Source: Octopus bimaculoides
Taxonomy: Eukaryota
Direction: 5' to 3'
Length of the DNA: 64,000 nt
Assembly: GCF_001194135.2 (NCBI RefSeq)
Contig: NC_068982.1
Location: 40,797,975 to 40,861,974, forward strand
The translations under genes and the position numbers were made by a program. The notes under the pieces were generated by a model. The model was given only the letters and a program-made list of their open reading frames with translations, was not told the DNA's origin and did no database searches. Position 1 is the first letter of the stretch; each line of letters begins with the position of its first letter. Shown here piece by piece: positions 26,981 to 39,823 of the stretch.

Positions 26981-27180
26981 CTTATTTCTTATTCTTTCTT
27001 AAGTCATTACACTGCGGCCATGCTTGGGCACCACCTTAAAGAATTTTAAGTCGAATGAATCAACCCCAATACTTGATTTTTCTTTTTTTTTTTTATTAAA
27101 CCTTGGTACCTATTGTATCTTTATTCTTTTGCCGAACCGCTAGATTACGGGGATGTAAACACACCAAGCGGTGGGGTGGG
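26981..27180 (-). mobile_element. Family B SINE 3' part
   Basis: Reverse complement of the family B tail and body. Confidence 0.75.
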
Positions 27181-27753
27181 GAAAGAAACACGCACACACA
27201 CACACATACGTACATACCATAGCTGGCCGCCTACACTTTTTTTCTTGGAAAATAGGGGTAGTTTATCCTGTTCAGGCTATATTATTAGCATTATCCTGCG
27301 TTTAAGAATTTAAAATCACTTCTTTAACTTTCTAAGACATCTCAATACTTCTAAAAGCAAACTTCGTTTGTTTGTTTACGTTTACCGTAATTTGAATTTC
27401 ATATATATATATATATATATATANNNNNNNNNNNNNNNNNNNNNNNNNNNNNNNNNNNNNNNNNNNNNNNNNNNNNNNNNNNNNNNNNNNNNNNNNNNNN
27501 NNNNNNNNNNNNNNNNNNNNNNNNNNNNNNNNNNNNNNNNNNNNNNNNNNNNNNNNNNNNNNNNNNNNNNNNNNNNNNNNNNNNNNNNNNNNNNNNNNNN
27601 NNNNNNNNNNNNNNNNNNNNNNNNNNNNNNNNNNNNNNNNNNNNNNNNNNNNNNNNNNNNNNNNNNNNNNNNNNNNNNNNNNNNNNNNNNNNNNNNNNNN
27701 NNNNNNNNNNNNNNNNNNNNNNNNNNNNNNNNNNNNNNNNNNNNNNNNNNNNN

Positions 27754-27786
<33 letters not shown>

Positions 27787-29523
27787 GAGAGTATCCGTGG
27801 CAATAGTTGGAAGAAGGCTAGCAAAACTGAAACTTCGAAGTCACTGTTACCGTCTTCGTTGAAAAGTTTAATAAACATGTAAATATATTATCTACACAAA
27901 AGTATTGAGTAATCCTTCAGTTTAATGTCAGAGTATTTTTATACATAACTTGGCACAAAAACAAATACTATCTTAGAGAGAGAGGGGCGAGAGAGAGATT
28001 AAGAGAGAGAGATGTGTGCTGCGTGTTGATTGAAATGTTGAGTAAAGTCTGTCGGTATTGTAAACTATAGTTCTAGTTCTTCCTGGCTTATTTCCGCCTA
28101 AGTCAATGCGCTGTTGCTTATAAAACAGTTGTTTATTTAACACTGGGTTATGATTTCACATAAAATACACAGTGAATAATGAGTCAACAACTTTATTAAT
28201 GTTCACACTATCCCTGGGAGAAACAAGACCATGATAACTAAGAGCAGTTTTTGTTTATCTGGTGTTTCTTTTTATTTTTTACTGATGTTTTTGAAATATA
28301 AATGGCCGAATAGTTAAGAAGTTCCGTTTTTTTTTTTTATTCTTATTACGTCGTTGGTTTTGATTTCGATGCCATTGTGCGGTAATTTGAGCACGAATAT
28401 ATAGTACCTGTGTTTATTTGGCAACTACCATTCCGAAATATAACAATTATAATGAATTTGTACTCTGCAAAAGTATAGAGATGCAAATAGTGAGTACGAA
28501 ACAATATTATTTCTTGTTTCTCGTTGTATTACTCAAATACGGAGAATCTTGCCTCTTCCAATATAGAAACATTTCTCATGGCATCAGCAGACAAATGGAA
28601 AAGACTTTGTCCAGGATGATAGCGAGGGAGATGCACTGGAACAGCCACTCTGATTCGCGGGGCTCACACTTGCAGACAGCAATCTCTCCTCCAATAGCGG
28701 TGAACAGGAATATGATCCAAGGGCGCTGGAGGTCTCAACTACCACAGGCATGATTATAAATTCACATTTATATGAATGATCATCGATGTACTCGGTTATG
28801 TTTGTAAATATTTAAGAGGCATCTATTTGAGCCTTGTGCCGTCTCAAATCTTGAAAGCAAAATTGGAAATCGTGCAGAAGTTAGTCAGATGGATTTCATC
28901 TGTCACCTTGTTTAACCCTAACCCACCTGATCATTACTTTAACAGAGTCTACTCTGTTGTAAATATTTCCAAAATGAGCGGCATTCTACTGCAGCAACCG
29001 ATGAATCCTATTTTCTTTCTTCCTTATTTTTGTATCCTTCCACCGACCAGTGAGGCTCCACACAAAAATCACCGCTCTTCCCTTTCCCCGTCAAGGTACT
29101 CCACTAGAATAAATAATAACCAAATACATAGGACACCAGGACTAATGGGTTTTTCGTGGGAAGTTCATTATGATTCACAAGATGCTAGTTTCTTTTCGTC
29201 TTAATTAGCTTAATTAATTTAAGCAGAAATTAGACACCAAGTCTTGTGGAAAGATTATCTATTGTAGTTAGAACATATTGATTCATTTCTCATCTGATTA
29301 ATGCTACAGACTCTGAAGTTATTCACTATTAGTGCTTGTGAATCTTAAAAAGATCTCTACGAATCGCTGGAGCGTCAAACAAAATGTCTGCAGTATTTAG
29401 TTACGGTTGTCTAGATTTTAAGTTCAAATCCCTGCGAGGTCAATTTTGTCTTTCATCCTCTGTTCATGTTCCGAGATAGATTTGATATTCCTGTAAAGCA
29501 TTCGAGATATGAATGAAATTATG

Positions 29524-29907
29524 GTTGGCACTCTATTGGCTACGACGACGAGGGTTCCAGTTGATCCGAACAACGGAACAGCCTGCTCGTGAAATTAACG
29601 TGCAAGTGGCTGAGCACTCCACAGACACGTGTACCCTTAACGTAGTTCTCGGGGAGATTCAGCGTGACACAGAGTGTGACAAGGCTGGTCCTTTTGAAAT
29701 ACAGGTACAACAGAAACAGGAAGAAAGAGTGAGATAAAGTTGTGGTGAAAGAGTACAGCAGAGTTCGCCACCATCCCCTGCTGGAGCCTTGTGGAATTTT
29801 AGGTGTTTTCGCTCAATAAACACTCACAACGCCCGGTCTGGGAATCGAAACTGCGATCCTACGACCGCGAGTCCGCTGCCCTAACCACTGGGCCATTGCG
29901 CCTCCAC
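29524..29907 (-). mobile_element. Family C SINE (tRNA-Arg-like head; possibly an octopus OR-type SINE), full length
   Basis: High identity to 48114-48494 and 49751-50134; A box tggcccagtgg and B-box-like gtttcgattcc. Confidence 0.95.
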
Positions 29908-29981
29908 GAATGAAATTATAAGAGGAAGAAAAAATAGAACATTACACTCATTATTGTAAGTGCAATATTTAGTGTCTAGAT

Positions 29982-30060
29982 CAGGCATGGACGGCATTTT
30001 TTAAAGAAGCAGGCTGCATGAAACATGGCTCATCAATAGAGGGGGCTGCACTACCGAAAA
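29982..30060 (+). mobile_element. Left end of a hAT MITE of the same family as 2235-2380
   Basis: caggcatgg..ttttt.aagaag..gcatga..gctcatca after gtctagat; right end not found. Confidence 0.55.
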
Positions 30061-30780
30061 CAATTCAAGGTAATTTTTTCAATAGGCGTACTACGATTAT
30101 AAATTCACATTTATATGATTAATCATCGATGTAGTCAGTTATGTTTGTAAATGTTTAAGAAACAATCTTGAAAAAATTACGATTTTCGGGACAAGAAAGA
30201 GACTATCCAACACAAACTTTGCTGGTAAAATCCATAAGTGGAATAGTAAAAATATGCAAGACTTTCTTAAAGTTCGATAAGTCATAATTATTGTTGTTGT
30301 TATATAAGCACCATTGAAGGGGCTTTTTTTTAATAAGAATCAGTTCCTTCCTTTCAAGAAGAATGCTAATGAATACAAACAAGTAAATGTATACATGTAT
30401 CCACACATGCATACGGACATACATTCATGCATACATACATAAATGAGTACATACATACATATATGCTTGTGTGTAGATGTGTGCCTATTTTGTAACATTT
30501 CAGTGCATGTGCCAAGCTGTTGCGTATCCTTTAAATATAAAATTAAGTGAAATTAGTTGGTACGTGTGGGAGGGGGCGTGCCCATCCCCTATATTGCGAG
30601 TTTTGTGATGTTTTCCAGTTAGCGATGACAAAATCAGCTGTTGTGCCGGTGAAGGGCAATTTTGAAGAAGTACTCAATATGCTCCCCTATGTAACTTGTG
30701 GACGTATTACAAGTTATATAGGAGAGTTTACTGAGCACTTCTTGTGATTGCATGTCGGCTCCCTACTCTCTGCGTTTATA

Positions 30781-31147
30781 TGTTATTTGTTTCAGTCATT
30801 GGACGGCGACCATGCTGGATCGACTCCAGTACATTTTTTAATGCACGATATTTATTCTATTGATCACTTATGCCGAGCCACTAAGTTACGGGAACGTAAA
30901 CACACCAACACCGATTATTAAGCGGCGGTGGGACACACATACGCACACGCACACACACGCACGCACACACACACATATACATATATATATGACGGGCTTG
31001 TTTCAGTTTCTGTCTGCCAAATCCATTCACAAGGCTTCGGTCAGCCCAAGGCTATAGCAGAAGACACTTGCCCAAGGTGCCACGCAATGGGACTGAACCT
31101 GGAACTATGCAGTTGGGAAGTAAACTTCTTACCACACAGCCACACCT
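30781..31147 (-). mobile_element. Family B SINE, near full length
   Basis: Head, CORE-like motif, central (CA)n and tail all present. Confidence 0.9.
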
Positions 31148-31988
31148 ATTCCATGGTAGTAAAAGACAATAATCTCTTTATCAGGACTTGAACTCTGAAC
31201 ACAGACAAACGAAGCAGCACACTATAATTTATTTACTCTGTGGTCCTATAATTTCTGCCAGCTCACTCTTTAGCAATGTTTACATATACTAATGTGTAAG
31301 TCCCCTTACAATGGATGATAATTACATTCATCTTGCTAGAATCATCATAAACATGCATAGTTTCGTTATGATATCACGAACTCAATGTCCAATCTAACGG
31401 TCGCATCTACCGTGCCTTTCTTTTCTTTCTTTCTTTCTTTCTTTCAGACAGTTAAAACCACAACTTAAACACGAATTCTGCTTTCAATGATATCATCTGC
31501 GTGTGGTGATATGCAGACCGTTTTGTAGATTCTTTTCGCGTCAAATTGTTTACGAGGTTAATGACAAAATCCATGAAATAGATAATTAGTATTATTGTAA
31601 CAGAACAGTATCTTTATAAACTACAGTTATGACAGTATTGTTAGTCTATGAGTGTTTATCGTTCATGAAGGCGTTTTCCCTTTAGCATCTTTCCACCTCT
31701 TGTTTGGTTATTAAAAATCATAATGCTTATTTTTTTATATTTGATACAATTTTAGGAAGGGCCTCGTCGCTTTGTGTTTAATGTACAGTTTTTCTTGTGC
31801 GTGTTTAATATTTGTTCCTAATCATTTATTTTAAGTAGGAAAGATTACCGAATTAATTAGCTTCTTGTGTCTGAGTTTATTGAAAGCAGCTTGTGCAAGC
31901 ATTTTTTCATTACATTTTCAGCGGATATTCTTGTTAGACTTCCAAATTATACATAATTTGAAAAAATAACACACTCCACTTATTCTCC

Positions 31989-32045
<57 letters not shown>

Positions 32046-33350
32046 CTTTCTCTCTGCATATATGTGTGTATGCATAATTAGATAGATAGATAGATAGATA
32101 TTCATACACACGTACAAACACACATATACGAAAGGATACCCATACACACCATACATATACATATATTTAGAAAAGGTAGGGGGAGAATATCTTTTTTTTT
32201 TATAATTACAAAATGTCGAAAAATTGCCTGTTTATAAACTTTAAACGCTTTCATAATAATTAATTTTCTAACTGAAGAAAGATTTGCTTTTGATTTTATT
32301 GCTTCTTTTAAATTTATCTGTAAATAATGTGCATGGAGTTGTAAAATTCCAGCAGATATTTGATCTGTTTAAAAACTACTCAAATAACAGAAAAGATAAT
32401 GGAAATGTTAATATCTAAGATTTATTTGTGAGGAAAAGGAAATTTTGTTGGTTTGTGCATTTCTCAAGGACATTAGTGACATAAATGAAGTAAAAATGCC
32501 TTCAACTGGAAATCTAAATCAAGTCACGGATTCCATCGTAGCGAAAGTTGGTTACCATTGTTTAATAGATTTTGCCAAACAATGGAAGAATTAACAGAAA
32601 AGAACTATTCATAGAAATCAAAATCATCGGCATTTAAATAGTTTTGTATAAAGACAACGATTAGAATTGGTTTCTCCTTGTATTAACTGAATTAGCAATA
32701 ATAGCAGACGTGTCGTTTGTGGTTGCTTTACACCAGGTCAGTCCCAATTGAGCAGACCAGTCCTATCATCAAATGTGTTTGAGATCTGAACCGTTGTGTG
32801 GTCCAAAGCCCCATTTCCTATTCAAGGTAATACGGTGTGATGGAATGAAAATTTGGTCGCTGTTTCTAATGGGACGTGCGAACTCGTTGAAATCGGAGAC
32901 AAATCTATATGAAGTTACTATATTTTGAGGGTATAAAATATGCTTGGGCGTGTTAGACGCACCCCAATTTCAGCAGCGCATATTCGAACGAAAAAGATGT
33001 TTTTAGTGCATTTAAAGTATGTAATATGAGCCCAACTTTGCACATAGGACCCGGAGCGATTTTCTGAGACATTTTTGAATGGAATAAAAAAAAAAGTGGG
33101 TTTTATATACCATTAATTACGGTACGTTTCGAGCGAAGTCTTTTTCTTCAGTGTAAATGTGTAGTTTACAAGTGGGGAAATCAGCAATATTAGAATAGAA
33201 GGTCATTGTTGACTCAAATACCGTCTAAATATGTTACTGTATTAAGTTTGGTGCTGCATATTTATCAGTTCACGTCCTTCCAGATTTAAAGATAGTATTC
33301 TATTCTTTCAATAAGACAAATAACTGCTATTCTCTCACAGCTAGTTCATC

Positions 33351-33392
<42 letters not shown>

Positions 33393-33875
33393 CACACACA
33401 CACCAAAACTTTGTTTTGCACCTTTTCAGATCCTTTATAACTTACATGTTGAGTACTAACGTATTTTTTTAACAGTAGGTCAATATTAAACGAGTTTCTC
33501 TGATGCACTAGATTTTTAAGTTCTTAAATGATGAAGATGTGACACGGAACGTTAGATCTTATTGACGTGTTGTTACGATACATTTCATATACACCTATTC
33601 CCGTTTGTCACTGATTTATTCAACACTGATCTGAGATAACATGGTGAGCTAATTCTGAACCGTGTTACGTTTATCGCGAATTGATCTGTGATAGCACGAC
33701 TCGGCGATCAGTTAAAACTTCTGCTTGGACTGCAAAATCGGCCACGAGACCATCCACGAGACTATCCACAATGCTCAAGACAACTTGTAATTTTGGAACG
33801 AAATCTATTTTTCGCATCTATTCTGTTATTCATTTATCGCGGATCCATTTATGAGTGTGATCTTTTTGGTGGGGT

Positions 33876-33935
<60 letters not shown>

Positions 33936-34585
33936 NNNNNNNNNNNNNNNNNNNNNNNNNNNNNNNNNNNNNNNNNNNNNNNNNNNNNNNNNNNNNNNNN
34001 NNNNNNNNNNNNNNNNNNNNNNNNNNNNNNNNNNNNNNNNNNNNNNNNNNNNNNNNNNNNNNNNNNNNNNNNNNNNNNNNNNNNNNNNNNNNNNNNNNNN
34101 NNNNNNNNNNNNNNNNNNNNNNNNNNNNNNNNNNNNNNNNNNNNNNNNNNNNNNNNNNNNNNNNNNNNNNNNNNNNNNNNNNNNNNNNNNNNNNNNNNNN
34201 NNNNNNNNNNNNNNNNNNNNNNNNNNNNNNNNNNNNNNNNNNNNNNNNNNNNNNNNNNNNNNNNNNNNNNNNNNNNNNNNNNNNNNNNNNNNNNNNNNNN
34301 NNNNNNNNNNNNNNNNNNNNNNNNNNNNNNNNNNNNNNNNNNNNNNNNNNNNNNNNNNNNNNNNNNNNNNNNNNNNNNNNNNNNNNNNNNNNNNNNNNNN
34401 NNNNNNNNNNNNNNNNNNNNNNNNNNNNNNNNNNNNNNNNNNNNNNNNNNNNNNNNNNNNNNNNNNNNNNNNNNNNNNNNNNNNNNNNNNNAAAATAAAG
34501 AGAAGATTTTTTTTCTTGTGCTAATTTAATTCAACTGCAATTATTAATCTACACTGCAGTTCAATGTTTCTTGGTTTCATTACAG

Positions 34586-34874
34586 CAGTGGTTTCCCAAA
34601 GTGGGCAGTATTGCTCCCTTGAGGGCAGTGGGAAGATTCGATGGGGGCGGGCGTTGAAGAAAAGTGGGATGATAATAGGGTGGCCAAAATGGGGTGATAG
34701 ATGTAAAAAAAATATTAATAGGTTAATTAGGATTAAGTTTTATTTGTGAAATACAGTTGTTTTGAATTTGCTGCAGAAAGTGGTCTATATTTGTGGTGGT
34801 GAGGGTGAGGGGGCGCTAGGAATGTGGCCTGGGTACCAAGGGAGCAGCAGCCTGAAAAGTTTTGGGAGCTACTG
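34586..34874. mobile_element. hAT MITE, 289 bp
   Basis: TIRs cagtggtttcccaaa / tttgggagctactg; TSD cattacag / cattacaa. Confidence 0.85.
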
Positions 34875-36107
34875 CATTACAACGATATTTCAGATAAAAA
34901 TTATTTCTAAAGTCAACTTAGCAATTTTTACAAATATATAGTATGCCCAATATTTTTGTTTTGTAATCAAGCAGCGTAGATCAAGAGATTACTGGGGGAG
35001 CGAAACTGCAACTCAATTCCGATTCTCAGTTTAAGTAGTTCTGCAATTTCACTTCATTAGCGTTATTTGGAAAAGGCATGAGAATTAAGAGTTTCCCTTC
35101 TGTTTCCTTCCCATAAATAGTTTGCTTTGTGTCTCAACTAAAAGAAAATTACTATTAACGCCGTAGAGTAATGTACAAGTTTCGCTGTTGGTTTTAAGTA
35201 ATTTCCTTTTGTGAGACAAATGCCTTTGGAAAACACATAACCGTCTTGATATCCCGTTTCCCTCCCTTCAAAAAATGGTAAATTTTGCATTAAAGGTCGT
35301 TTAATATCAAGCCTTCCATGTAAACGGCATAAAGAAAAGAGAAATCTTTCTAACAATATCATTAGGGGAAGCCTTTTCGATTTACAACTGAAATTATTTC
35401 ACTTCAGTTGCTCTGTTAGTATCCTTGAAAGAGATATGAACATTCAAGATTCTACTTCTTCTACTTCCTTGAAACATAAAATTTTTTTTTTTTTAAATAT
35501 CAAATCTTCCGATAATTATTGATTTCCTTTTTACTAGACTCTAAGATCTCACATGGTATGGGAGGGGAAAAGGGAGGTGTAACGTCCATGAGTTTTGTGA
35601 AAGCATTAACGATGGAAATAAAGTGAAGTAGCTTCTATTGGGGATTGTAACAGTATCGATGTTTCAAGTCGCCATTTACTTACCTTTTGTTCTGTAGTGT
35701 TCAACTTTCTAACAAATATTAAGCCAAAGTCGATATCCAATTTCGTTCACATATTCATTTTCCTGTGAGAGAATTCGATCTAAGTATCATAAACTGCCAG
35801 GTTTTGCTTACATCAATTTCTTCTTAACCGAATTCTTTACGACTGGTATTTTTTTAATTTTTCCCCTATCTCTATACTTGTTTTACTATTACGCGAATAC
35901 ACGGCTCTTGACTTTTTAAAACCATTATGAACTCTCGTTAATTATGTCATTTAGAGGCGAAATATAAAGGGTGAGAGATTGATAGGAACTTTGGAGACTA
36001 TAATCATTCGTCTTATGGCAAGGATTGGTTTTCATCTCTCTATGACAGGGTTCGGCAGAAAGTACTCTCCGAGTGTTTCGGACTTTTTAAAGAATATTTT
36101 CAAATTT

Positions 36108-36242
36108 AGGCGCAAGTATAGCTGCGTGGTAAGAAGTTTGCTTCCCGACTACGTGGTTCCGGGTTCAGTCTACTGCGTGGTACCTTGGACAAGTATCACC
36201 TACTACAGCCTCAGCAATCGGCAAAAGAGAAACAAGTAAAAG
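36108..36242 (+). mobile_element. Internally deleted family B SINE
   Basis: Head joined directly to a truncated tail (cggcaaaagagaaacaagtaaaag). Confidence 0.75.
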
Positions 36243-36710
36243 GAAAAGAAGATAAAAGATAAACTTAATGCCTTTGTGAGCCATTGAGCTGTTGGTGGTT
36301 TTTGGATAGTCTTTCATGTCATGATTTACCTAATTTTTGCCAGTGATAGAAATTAAGAACATAATTTTAAATGTAAGATCTAATATAATATTAGAGCCGT
36401 GGCAATTATGAAAAGGAAATAAACAACAATGGGCCTTTACAAAAAAGAAGTTGCTGATATTATTCTTTAGGATCCAACATAGTTAATCCTAGCAGTATTT
36501 CGTTGTAAGAATCAAGGTCTAGGTTCAAAATTCAAAATGCTGCTGGGATGGACTTTGCGTTAAGCTAACTCGATATCGATGAAATATCTAGCGGTAATAC
36601 TTTATTGTCGATTTGGTCCTCAATAAAGCTTTCATTAACACAAAATGAATTCTTGTCTATTTGACAGCAGTATATATTATGAAGAAATAGATGACGTATT
36701 ATGTCTATCA

Positions 36711-37160
36711 GCAGGTAGGTGATCCTGTGGAAATTGACTGTGCCCTGGGAGGAAACACATGGAGGAAGCTCATAAGAGGAATCTTGCCAAATACCAGGAG
36801 CTGGTTGAGCAGTGCAGGAATCGGTGCTGGCAGGCACATTTTTGAGGTGACAGAAGTGGACTGTTGAAGTTTTGTGGAGTGGTCATTCATGAAAGCTCTG
36901 CGTGGGTTTGGAGTTACTGGTGCAGCAAAGAGAAAGGCTATAAATTCTATCACTGAAGCTGCTGAGAAGGCCACTAGGTGGCTTTGGATAAAGAGGGTAG
37001 ACCAGTGGTTTTCTACTATTTCGGATGCAAAATGGACTTGATCAACCCCGGCTAGGTCAACTGGGTGAATGTATCTGATGTTGAAAGACCTGAAACTCTC
37101 TGAGGCGCCAGAAACATCATTGACGATGCATCCCAGAGCATCCGCAAGATATATTTTAAA
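36711..37160 (+). mobile_element. Hero-clade (R2-like, restriction-like endonuclease) LINE 3' fragment with 3' UTR
   Basis: LTVPWEE / MEEAHKRNLAKYQELVEQCR ... KRKAINSITEAAEKATRWLWIKR is the characteristic Hero C-terminus; frameshifted. Confidence 0.9.
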
Positions 37161-37535
37161 ACTATTGTTGATTCAGTCTTTAATAAAGCTCTCTTATTAA
37201 CAACAGAATAAATTCTTGTCGATTCGACAGCAATATATATTATGAAGAAACAGATTATGTCATTATGTCTATCACCTGACAGATTTTCTTAAAGAGATAT
37301 CAACTTGTTAGAATTTCACCTGTGTAAAGACATAGAGTAAAGAACAAATTTCATTCTTGATTTGAAATCGATTTCTTTATTTGTCATTAATGCCGTTTGG
37401 TTAAGTACATAACCATATCAACTTCCTGTTTCTATCCCTCCCTCCCATTACACATCGAAGGAGAATTGACTGTATAACGAGAAAATATAATGGGCAGTAC
37501 TATAAGTTAAAGAAAATGGGTAAAACTTTTTTTTA

Positions 37536-37755
37536 AATAATCCTTTCTGCTAAAGGCACAAGACTTGAAATTTTGAGAAAAGGAGGTAGCCGATTACAAT
37601 GACCCTTGTGCTCGATTGGTACTTATTTTATCGATCCTAAAGGGGCGAAAAGCAAAGCAGACCTCAGCAGAATTTGAACTCGGTACATAAAGATGGACGA
37701 AATGTCGCTAAGCATTTCGTGCGGAATGCTAACGATTTTTCCAGTTCGCTGCCTT
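37536..37755 (-). mobile_element. Family A SINE
   Basis: Full head, body and tail on the minus strand. Confidence 0.85.
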
Positions 37756-38682
37756 AAAATGGAACCATTAGTAAAATGACCGTTCCTTAACGATTTCTTT
37801 ATGTGAAGAATTCCTAAATTGTTATGAATTGCTTTTATATTTGATAACTAAAGACAAAATGCAAATTTATGATATCCATTACGAAGAAATAAATAAGATA
37901 AAAACTATTGGTTGTTTAATGCATGCATTTCTCGAAGAATATTGTTCTGTTTTAATTAGCAATTATGAAGTATCGTGCTCTGATGTAATAAAAAAAAGTT
38001 GGGAAGGAAATAAACACCAAGGTTACAATGGAAAATGGATTTTCTTGAAGTGAGAAGCACCAAGAATATATTAATATAATTTCTCTTTTCCATGAAGTCT
38101 AAGAATGAAGGAAGGAAGCTAAAATTTTGAACGAAAAGTCGAAGTTAGGTAACCATTAATTATTATTAAGGACTAGTGTACTGAACGACTCGCGCAAAAG
38201 ATTCTCATTTAATTGAACTTTATCATTTAGTAGGAGAAAGAAAACAACGTCTTAACAGCAGTTAGCAACTTGCTATGAAAAGGGGGTATAATTTCACAAG
38301 ATTACACGCTTGGAGATACCATTGGCACACGAGTGTAATTTATACACTTCTTTTAGCTTGTTATATAAGAACTTCTGTCAACTGATCAAAACAGACTTGT
38401 GTAGAATATATTATGGTGACGTTACATATAGCCGATTTTGTCGGTACAATAAGTCGTTCGTGGATCCTAGACTACAAAAAAGAAACCATTTGCACAAATA
38501 GCATACGTCACGTGAGAAACTGTGTTCGACACTGCAACTCAACAAAATACACATCGGCTTTTATCGTGACGTCACGAGGTACGGTAGTAAACAATACAAA
38601 CTTCAAAACCTACTTAAAGCTTTTGCCAACAGTCGTCTTACCTTTTTTTTTTTTTTTTGTTACTATTATTATTTGTTACAGT

Positions 38683-38851
38683 AAGGTGGCGAACTGGCAG
38701 AGTCGTTAGAACGCTGGACGAAATCCTTAGCGGTATTTCGCCCGTCGCTCCGTTCTGAGTTCAAATTCCACTGAGGTCGACTTCGCCTTTCATCCTTTCG
38801 AGGTCGATAAATTAAGTACCAGTTACGTACTAGAGTCGATGTAATTGACTT
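38683..38851 (+). mobile_element. Family A SINE, 3'-truncated by the Penelope element
   Basis: Head and Nin-like body; tail replaced by PLE sequence. Confidence 0.85.
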
Positions 38852-38859
38852 AATATAAG

Positions 38860-39477
38860 TAGCGATCGTAATACCCACCACGAAGAAATGATCAAGCTCA
38901 GTAACAATCTATTAAGCAACAACTACCCCAAAAACATACAATCCACTCCTCTCTTATGAAGAAAAGAGAGGATGAAACCAATAAACTGTCCACAGTCTGT
39001 CTACCCTATGTGAAAGGCCTCTCTAAAAAGATACAAAAGATATACGACCCATATGACATCAGGATAGTATTCAAGAATGATACAACACTTCGTAAATATC
39101 TCCTTCGAGTAAAACCACCAATAGAAGAGAATATCACCAAAAACTGCGTGTACACCATCCCATGCAGCTGTGGTAGGTCATACAAAGGCGAAACATGTCG
39201 TCCTCTCAAAATAAGGGTAGAGGAACATTGCAAAGCTGTAACAAAAGGAGATCTTGATAAATTTAGTATAGCTGATCATGTATGGAAAAATGGAGACCAC
39301 CTCCCCCTGTGGGATGAAGTGAAAATAATAGACAGAGAACACCACTGGGAAATACGAAAATTAAAAGAAGCAGCACATATGCTAGGACACGACAACCTCC
39401 TAAGCAGACCGAGTGCAGATATGAGTAGCATATGGGAACCAGTATTAAGGAAGGATAGGAAAATATTAGATTTATAA
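38860..39477 (+). mobile_element. 5'-truncated Penelope element: RT thumb/linker and GIY-YIG endonuclease
   Basis: LLSNNYP, VCLPYVKGLS, NCVYTIPCSCGRSYKGETCRPLKIRVEEH, SIADHVW, RKLKEAAH; one frameshift near 38950. Confidence 0.95.
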
Positions 39478-39509
39478 GCCCTAAAATTCACCCCATAATT
39501 ATTGCCCAC

Positions 39510-39730
39510 GGGCATATGGCGTAGTGGTTAAGAGCGCGGGCTACTAATCCCAAGATTCCGCGTTCGTTTCCAGACAGTGACCTGAATAATAATAATAATA
39601 ATAATAATAACAACATCGAAAAATACCTTAGGAATAAGAACCCAAGACACCTGATGAAGGCTGAAGGGTATATCAGCCGAAACGTTGTAACAACAAACAA
39701 GATGAGGACAAATATCCGTCAAATGTAAAT
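39510..39730 (+). ncRNA. Penelope 3' terminal repeat: tRNA-like head, (AAT)n and type I minimal hammerhead ribozyme core
   Basis: A box 39517-39527, B-box-like 39560-39571, CTGATGA 39651-39657, stem II ggctga/tcagcc, GAAAC 39679-39683, GTT cleavage triplet. Confidence 0.8.
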
Positions 39731-39734
39731 AAAG

Positions 39735-39823
39735 TTACAAAGAATAAGTTCTGGGATCGATTTGTTCGACTAAAGGCGGTGTTCCAACTTGGCCGCAGTC
39801 AAATGACTGAAACAAGTAAAAGA
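39735..39823 (+). mobile_element. Family B SINE tail
   Basis: Canonical tail motif. Confidence 0.85.

Noticed and set aside
28560-28790. Acidic reading frame (DFVQDDSEGDALEQPL*..EQEYDP)
   Set aside because: Internal stop, no clear splice sites and no recognisable family.
33688-33880. ORF start MIARLGDQLKLLLGLQNRP..
   Set aside because: No homology recognised and it runs into (AG)n and a gap.
34620-34700. G-tract cluster suggesting a G-quadruplex
   Set aside because: Loops are too long for the canonical pattern and it lies inside a MITE.
37040-37150. ctgatg..gaaac in the Hero 3' UTR resembling a hammerhead
   Set aside because: The core is CTGATGT rather than CTGANGA and stem II does not close; treated as the LINE 3' UTR.
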